Shown here: positions 25,694-30,801 of the stretch, piece by piece
Position numbering within the stretch: the first letter of the stretch is position 1
How the letters are laid out: every line of letters starts with the position of its first letter
DNA from: a virus
Lineage: Duplodnaviria; Caudoviricetes
Length of the DNA stretch: 30,801 bases
Virus record (IMG/VR): IMGVR_UViG_3300026907_000015
Coordinates: 1 to 30,801 of that record
Direction: 5' to 3' (one strand)
Made by a program: the position numbers and the translations under genes
The notes under the pieces: model-generated
What the model saw: only the letters and a program-made list of their open reading frames with translations
Database searches by the model: none
What the model was told of the DNA's origin: nothing

Positions 25694-28348
25694 TCACTCC
25701 TTACCCCGCTTGGCGAACACCCAGCAGTTGAGGGGGCGCTTCTCAAGCTTCGAGCGCACTTTGCGCACCTCGATAAAGCGGTGTGTGGTGCTCAGCGGCA
25801 GCACGCGGCGCAGGGTCACGGCGGGGATTACTTCCATGCCGGCCTGGCGGCAGGCCTGCTGGAAGTGCTCCAGATTGATGGCGATCAGGTCGCGGTCGTT
25901 GCTGTGGTTCAGTCGTTCGCGGATCTCTTCGCGGGATCCGTCGCTGTCGGTGATGGTCACCACGTCCTCGTTCAGGAAGTGGTAGATCTGCCAGAACTGT
26001 GCGGCGCTGCGATTCTCGGCGCCAATGCACTGTTGCCGCTCCAGGGCGCAGCCGGTCAGATGCTTGGCCAGGGCTTCCAGGTCGTTGTCCGTCCAGGCCG
26101 GGAACAGCGCCTGGGTGGCTTTGGCGGCGGCCATCACCTGGGCATGGCATTGCACGATCCGGGTGTGCTCTACGCCCTGGATCGCCTGGAAGCGCTGTTC
26201 GTAGTGGGCGAAGGCGGCAAAGTAGCGTTCCAGCCAGCCGCGCTCGTCGCACAGCACCGCGCGCAGGAAGCCGGCCACGTCTTCCACTTCCATGCCGCGC
26301 AGGCGCTGGGCCAGTGGCTTGAGCGCCGGGCTGTGGTGGGCGCGCGTCATGTGCAGGTAGACGATGCGGGTGATGATCGCCTCATGCCCCTCCACTTTGG
26401 CGTTCTGCGAAATGCAGATCCCGCCACGGAACAGCAGCGCCTCGGTGTCGGCGTTGGTGCTCTTGACGCCGGTCACGCGCAGCTTGGCGTTGTAGTCGAA
26501 CAGCGGCTTGATGTCCTCCCAGTTGTACTGCACCACCACTTCGCGCCCCATGGCGTCGGTGGTGGTCTTGTCGGACTCCAGCAGCACCACCGGCAGGTTG
26601 CTGACGGCCGCCATCGCACGCAGCAGGCCGATGGCCGAGGCGCCGCTGCCGCTGGGCTTGATGCCTTCCTCATTGCGCCGGCCGACCAGCATCCACAGGA
26701 AGCGCAGCAGGGTGGACTTGCCCGCGCCGGCGTCGCCGGTCAGCTCCAGGAACGGCCAGGACGCCTGTGCCGCGCGGATCTGCTGGGCGAACAGCGTGCC
26801 CGTCCACCAGGCCAGGGCCGCCAGGCCGTTGAGGCTGAACACGGCCATGAAGTCGGCGAACCACTCCGGATCGAAGTCGCCGCCACGCACCACCGGCAGG
26901 CTGCGCACCGAGGTTTTCAGCCCCTCGCCGTTCACGTCCAGGTAGCCGTGTTCGTTGTTCATGATCTCTTTCCCTCTGTGGTAGCCGAACGTGGGGTAGC
27001 AGTAGGCGGCGGTGTCGTCGTCGAAGCCGATGTAAGGCAGAGTGCGCACGGTGCGGGCGTCGCGCTGCCAGTCCTTGCGCAGCATGGCCAGCACCTTCTC
27101 GCCACCCTCGAAGGTGCCGAAGGGCGTTTTCTCGATCAGCGCCTTGGCGAAGTTGCGGGGGTCGTTCACTGAGCTGGGCGGCAGGGCCTCGCGGCAGCTG
27201 CGGCGGGAGTTGGGGAACTCGAAGCTGAAAAAGAAGCGCTGTTCGCCGGTGACTGCATCGCGCTCGATGTACTCGAAGCGCGGCAGGCAGTTGGCCACTT
27301 CGGCGATGGTGGTGTGCTTGGCGAACTCGGGCTGGTGGCCTTCGATGTCATCGCCTTCGATGTCTTTCTGCAGCTCGGTGAGGTTCACCCGCGCCGAGTA
27401 AAGGCAGCTGCCGAACTCCACCAGGAAGAAGCCGGTGCGCTTTTTCAGGTAGACCAGATAGGCCTTCTTCATCGGCGACGTGGCGCAGAACAGGCGGCCC
27501 TGATAGCAGGCTTCCTGCAGGTAGGCGTCGTCCAGCTGGCCGTCGCGGTAAACGTCGTCCCAGTCGCGGTCGGGGTCGCCCAGGGCCACCCAGCCGATTT
27601 CCTTCATCTTGCGGATCTGCGCCAGGTACTTGCTGACCACGGCGCGCCCGGCCTTGTCGTTGTCCAGGGCGATCACCCAGGTGATCAGCTTGCCCTGGTT
27701 GTCTTCGATGATCTGCCAGGGGAAGTTATTGCAGCTGATCGCGGCGATAGCCTTGTAGCCGGCCAGGTGCAGGGCGATGGCGTGGAAGATCCCTTCCACC
27801 ACGTACACCCGGTCGCCCTTCTCGAAGGTCTGGCCCGGTGGCACCCAGCCCTGGCCCTTGTAGTTCATCTTCCACTTGATGCCGGCCTTGTCGCCGTCGT
27901 TGCGGGCGACCGCTCGAGCATCGATCAGGCGTTCCCAGTAGCCGTCGCACAGCGGGAAGCGCACGGTGTCACCCCAGCTCTCGTCGGCCAGCTTGCGGCG
28001 TTCCTGGGTGTACCAGCCCTTCATCCGGCTGGTGTCAAAGCCGCGATTGCGTTGCAGGTAGGCGTCAGCGGTGGCGGTGGGGTTGGCCTCGGTACGCGGG
28101 AAGCGGTCGCTCAGGTTCTCGAACAGGTAGCTGTAGCGCTCGCGGGTCTTCTCGGTGTGGCGGCACTCGTTCAGCCGGTTGCAGGCCAGCTGGAAAGGCT
28201 GCTTGCGGCTGATGTACAGGGTGCGGTGGCCACACTTCGGGCAGACGCCCTTCTGCAAATAGGTGTCGCCGATGTCCTTGAAGTCCAGCTGGTTGTCGTT
28301 CTCCAGGGCCTGGATTACGTCGAGCCGGTAGATGTCCTCGAAGTTCAT
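25694..28348 (-). CDS. Zn-finger/TOPRIM primase-helicase replication protein (P4 alpha-like architecture)
   Basis: CPKC...CNRLNEC, VVEGIFHA and ALDND TOPRIM motifs, Walker A GDAGAGKS. Confidence 0.9.
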   Translation of the reverse strand: MNFEDIYRLDVIQALENDNQLDFKDIGDTYLQKGVCPKCGHRTLYISRKQPFQLACNRLNECRHTEKTRERYSYLFENLSDRFPRTEANPTATADAYLQRNRGFDTSRMKGWYTQERRKLADESWGDTVRFPLCDGYWERLIDARAVARNDGDKAGIKWKMNYKGQGWVPPGQTFEKGDRVYVVEGIFHAIALHLAGYKAIAAISCNNFPWQIIEDNQGKLITWVIALDNDKAGRAVVSKYLAQIRKMKEIGWVALGDPDRDWDDVYRDGQLDDAYLQEACYQGRLFCATSPMKKAYLVYLKKRTGFFLVEFGSCLYSARVNLTELQKDIEGDDIEGHQPEFAKHTTIAEVANCLPRFEYIERDAVTGEQRFFFSFEFPNSRRSCREALPPSSVNDPRNFAKALIEKTPFGTFEGGEKVLAMLRKDWQRDARTVRTLPYIGFDDDTAAYCYPTFGYHRGKEIMNNEHGYLDVNGEGLKTSVRSLPVVRGGDFDPEWFADFMAVFSLNGLAALAWWTGTLFAQQIRAAQASWPFLELTGDAGAGKSTLLRFLWMLVGRRNEEGIKPSGSGASAIGLLRAMAAVSNLPVVLLESDKTTTDAMGREVVVQYNWEDIKPLFDYNAKLRVTGVKSTNADTEALLFRGGICISQNAKVEGHEAIITRIVYLHMTRAHHSPALKPLAQRLRGMEVEDVAGFLRAVLCDERGWLERYFAAFAHYEQRFQAIQGVEHTRIVQCHAQVMAAAKATQALFPAWTDNDLEALAKHLTGCALERQQCIGAENRSAAQFWQIYHFLNEDVVTITDSDGSREEIRERLNHSNDRDLIAINLEHFQQACRQAGMEVIPAVTLRRVLPLSTTHRFIEVRKVRSKLEKRPLNCWVFAKRGKE

Positions 28349-28357
28349 GCCGCCCCC

Positions 28358-28594
28358 TTAGCGCTGGGCGGCTGCGGTGGTGCCTTGCTGGCCGCGCACG
28401 CGCTCGGCCTGCTCGGCGGCTTCCATGGTCAGGTGAACCATGTTGATCAGTACGGCCGACTTCGATCCTTCCTCTTTGGGGCGAATCAGGTAGTTGCCGC
28501 GCTTAATCTCCCGCTCCACAGCGCTGCTGGACTGTCCTGTCCGTTTGACGAACTCGGAAACGGTCACGTACGGCGTGTCGATAGCGATCTGCAT
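28358..28594 (-). CDS. cox: Cox-like excisionase/repressor
   Basis: 78 aa, PYVTVSEFVKRTG winged HTH...VLINM; GAGGGT RBS; divergent from the repressor. Confidence 0.85.
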   Translation of the reverse strand: MQIAIDTPYVTVSEFVKRTGQSSSAVEREIKRGNYLIRPKEEGSKSAVLINMVHLTMEAAEQAERVRGQQGTTAAAQR

Positions 28595-28611
28595 TCTGAT
28601 ACCCTCTTGAT

Positions 28612-28629
28612 GGATATTGGTGGATATTG
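28612..28629. promoter_or_regulatory. Tandem GGATATTG boxes; putative Cox operator
   Basis: Identical 18-mer to 180-197 in the att arm. Confidence 0.65.
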
Positions 28630-28635
28630 GGGCCA

Positions 28636-28678
28636 TAAGTACCCATACGGAACCAATGTAAGTACCCATACGGAACCA
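28636..28678 (+). repeat. Perfect 20-bp direct repeat; putative repressor operators
   Basis: TAAGTACCCATACGGAACCA at 28636-28655 and 28659-28678. Confidence 0.8.
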
Positions 28679-28684
28679 TGTCAA
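28655..28684 (-). promoter_or_regulatory. Early lytic promoter (Pe)
   Basis: TTGACA (28684-28679)-N18-TACATT (28660-28655) facing cox; flanked by the direct repeats. Confidence 0.78.
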
Positions 28685-28697
28685 GAAGGAAATACAT

Positions 28698-28943
28698 GTG
28701 ATGGAGTTGGCGGAGAAGCTGAAGGCGATCCGGATCAAGGAAGGCCTGACCCAATCAGAGCTGTGCGAGGCAACTGGTATCAGCCTCAGCAGCTACAAGA
28801 AGTACGAGTTGGCGCTGCGTCTGGAGGTGAGTTCTGTCGCCCTCCTGAAAATCACCCACCACCCGCGTTTTCAGAAATACGTCCTCTGGCTGATGAGCGA
28901 TCAGACGGCCCCGGACTGCGGCCAGATCAGCCCGCTGGAGTAG
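28698..28943 (+). CDS. Immunity repressor, XRE HTH (P2 C-like)
   Basis: EKLKAIRIKEGLTQSEL...SYKKYE; HPRFQKYVLWLM motif typical of P2 C. Confidence 0.9.
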   Translation: MMELAEKLKAIRIKEGLTQSELCEATGISLSSYKKYELALRLEVSSVALLKITHHPRFQKYVLWLMSDQTAPDCGQISPLE

Positions 28944-28948
28944 CAGGA

Positions 28949-29506
28949 ATGAAGCTGCCAGAACCGATTCGGCCGCTCTATGTCTGGTGCGGCTACCTGG
29001 TGCTCGCCTTGGTATTGGCGGTTGTGACTGGGGGCGCTGAGTGGGTGAAGTCCGCGATGGCCATCTACTTGGTTTGGGCCATTGTCGAGACGGTGCGGTT
29101 CTACAGGCATCGACGTGCCTCACCGGTGAGCGCGCCGCCGTCGCCCTTCAAATCGGACTTCGTGCGTTCCCGCCAACAGCCATCAGCCAGTCCGGCGCGC
29201 AGTGACTTCGACGACGATTATGTGAGCGGCGAAACGATCTGGACGGGCGCCAAGCAGATCCGCTTCGCCTACCGCAATTCCGATGGCGCCTACTCCGACC
29301 GAGAAGTGACCGTGCACAAGGTTGTCAGCTCTGGCAGCGGCTGGAGTGACGACATCTACTTTGTGGGGTTCTGCCACCTGCGCAGTGAGACCCGTACGTT
29401 CCGCCTTGATCGCGTCCGGTACCGCAACAAGGTGGTGGATACGGCAACAGGTGAAGTGGGAACCCTGCGGCAGATCCTTGGCGTGAAGCGTCGCGTCAGC
29501 AGGTAG
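28949..29506 (+). CDS. Membrane-anchored WYL-domain protein
   Basis: 185 aa: two N-terminal hydrophobic helices, Ser/Pro linker, IRFAYRNSDG..SDREV...YFVGFCHLRSETRTFRLDRV. Confidence 0.8.
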   Translation: MKLPEPIRPLYVWCGYLVLALVLAVVTGGAEWVKSAMAIYLVWAIVETVRFYRHRRASPVSAPPSPFKSDFVRSRQQPSASPARSDFDDDYVSGETIWTGAKQIRFAYRNSDGAYSDREVTVHKVVSSGSGWSDDIYFVGFCHLRSETRTFRLDRVRYRNKVVDTATGEVGTLRQILGVKRRVSR

Positions 29507-29510
29507 CCCC

Positions 29511-30605
29511 ATGTCGATCAAGAAACTGGACAACGGCGAGTGGCTGGTGGACTGCCGCCCGGATGGCCGCTCTGGGCCCCGCGTCCGCCGGCGGGTGAAG
29601 TCGAAGAACGAAGCCATGCACCTGGAACGCCGCATCATGGGCGATGGTTCCAGGGGCGAGTTCGAGAAGAAACCCAAGCGCGACGAGCGCCGCCTCTCCG
29701 AATTGGTGGAACTGTGGTTCAACTTGCACGGCAAAAGCCTGAAACGTGGCCTGTCCTGCTATTCGTTCTTGATGCGGATGGTCACGAACATGGGGGATCC
29801 GGTCGCCTGTGATTTCACCGCGACCGACTTTACGCTGTACCGATCCGAGCGCTTGGCCGGGAAGTGGGGGCGGCCCAAGATTGGCAATGGTCGGAAGCGT
29901 GACGGCACCACACGCCCGATCAGCGCGAACACGGCCAATCATGAGCTGGCCTATCTGCGAGCTGTATTCAACGAGCTGGAGCGCCTGGGGGAATGGACGT
30001 TGCCTAATCCCTTGGCCAAGGTTCGGGCCTTGAAGTTCGACCAGGTAGAGATGTCCTACCTGAGTAGCGAACAGATCCTAGTGCTGCTGGCCAGGCTCGA
30101 CCAGTGCCCTTCTGATGTTGGATTGGTCGCCAGGGTCTGCCTGGCTACAGGGGCCAGGTGGGCAGAGGCGGCTGGGTTGAAGCCTAGCCAGGTGCGTGAT
30201 GGTCGGATCCACTTTGTTCGAACCAAGTCAGCCAAGAATAGAACCGTGCCGATAGGTTCCGGTCTCGAAAAGCAGTTGCAGCAGGCGCTGCCATTCAAGT
30301 CCGCCTATAAGACCACTTGGAACGCATTTGCCATCGCTGTGGCCGAACTCGACTTCGGCTTACCCAAAGGGCAGATGACACACGTGCTTCGCCACACCTT
30401 CGCCAGCCATTACATGATGAACGGTGGCGACATCCTCACGTTGCAGAGGGTGCTAGGGCATTCGTCGCTGGAAATGACGACTCGCTATGCACACTTCAGC
30501 CCAGGACATCTGGCGGAAGTGGTCAACCTGAACCCTATCGCTGACGTGTGTGGACAGAATGTGGACGCTGTGAAAGGCGTGGACACCGATAGAGTTACCC
30601 ATTAG
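29511..30605 (+). CDS. int: Tyrosine integrase, P2/HP1 family
   Basis: TGARWAE, TKS, HVLRH, LGH and RYAH catalytic residues. Confidence 0.97.
   Translation: MSIKKLDNGEWLVDCRPDGRSGPRVRRRVKSKNEAMHLERRIMGDGSRGEFEKKPKRDERRLSELVELWFNLHGKSLKRGLSCYSFLMRMVTNMGDPVACDFTATDFTLYRSERLAGKWGRPKIGNGRKRDGTTRPISANTANHELAYLRAVFNELERLGEWTLPNPLAKVRALKFDQVEMSYLSSEQILVLLARLDQCPSDVGLVARVCLATGARWAEAAGLKPSQVRDGRIHFVRTKSAKNRTVPIGSGLEKQLQQALPFKSAYKTTWNAFAIAVAELDFGLPKGQMTHVLRHTFASHYMMNGGDILTLQRVLGHSSLEMTTRYAHFSPGHLAEVVNLNPIADVCGQNVDAVKGVDTDRVTH
30549..30585 (+). repeat. Integrase arm-type sites, right (within the int 3' end)
   Basis: TGTGGACA 30549-30556, TGTGGACG 30560-30567, CGTGGACA 30578-30585. Confidence 0.8.
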
Positions 30606-30664
30606 AAACCTTAGCCCCAGTATTGGCGGGGCTTTCAGCGTAGTTAATGACTGGAGTCTGAGAA

Positions 30665-30801
30665 ATGAATGATCTGATCCTTCATCACTACCCGACCTCG
30701 CCGTTTGCCGAGAAGGCCCGCCTGATGCTGGGCTTCAAGCAACTGTCCTGGCGTTCGGTGATGATCCCGCCACTGATGCCCAAGCCCGATCTCACCGCGC
30801 T
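30665..30801 (+). CDS. Glutathione S-transferase family protein, 5' part, with phage-supplied start (runs off window)
   Basis: MNDLILHHYPTSPFAEKARLMLGFKQLSWRSVMIPPLMPKPDLTA is a GST N-terminal thioredoxin-like fold; GGAG RBS upstream. Confidence 0.9.
   Translation, partial: MNDLILHHYPTSPFAEKARLMLGFKQLSWRSVMIPPLMPKPDLTA
30675..30687 (+). repeat. att core, right junction
   Basis: TGATCCTTCATCA identical to 115-127. Confidence 0.93.

Larger units (their letters stand above)
115..30687. mobile_element. Complete P2-superfamily (HP1/K139-like) prophage integrated in the 5' end of a GST gene
   Basis: 13-bp direct repeat at both ends; integrase, repressor/cox, replication, head, tail and lysis modules all present without obvious frameshifts. 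Confidence 0.95.

Noticed and set aside
25218..25697. 159-aa ORF downstream of the primase
   Set aside because: Runs through the iteron/T-rich region with atypical composition; translation cannot be fully excluded because it overlaps the primase stop
28611..28678. Repeats as a mini CRISPR array
   Set aside because: Two copies with a 3-bp gap, no spacers and no cas genes; better explained as operators
28595..28697. Lysogenic promoter Pc
   Set aside because: Expected here, but no convincing -35/-10 pair could be identified on the plus strand
27314..28948. N-terminal part of the 730-aa ORF 27314..29506
   Set aside because: Antisense shadow of primase and cox and out of frame over the repressor; only 28949-29506 is a credible gene

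Overview
The window is almost entirely one apparently complete temperate prophage of about 30.56 kb (att core TGATCCTTCATCA at 115-127 and 30675-30687) in a high-GC, probably Pseudomonas-group host. It is inserted in the first codons of a glutathione S-transferase gene, and the phage restores that gene with its own RBS and start (MHELILHH becomes MNDLILHH). It is a P2-superfamily myovirus with HP1/K139-type morphogenesis genes and gene order, a P2-type C/cox switch and integrase, and a P4-alpha-like Zn-finger/TOPRIM primase-helicase followed by an iteron-rich candidate origin. Accessory or unusual elements are: a hicAB moron; a second, orphan HicA-like gene at the end of the early operon; a membrane-anchored WYL-domain protein between repressor and integrase; a non-canonical lysis cassette (TraR, M15 peptidase, lipoprotein, DUF1353, single-TM protein); NrdR-box-like sites before ogr; and an AT-rich, palindrome-dense non-coding region. 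All family calls are from motif recognition by eye and no database searches were run.
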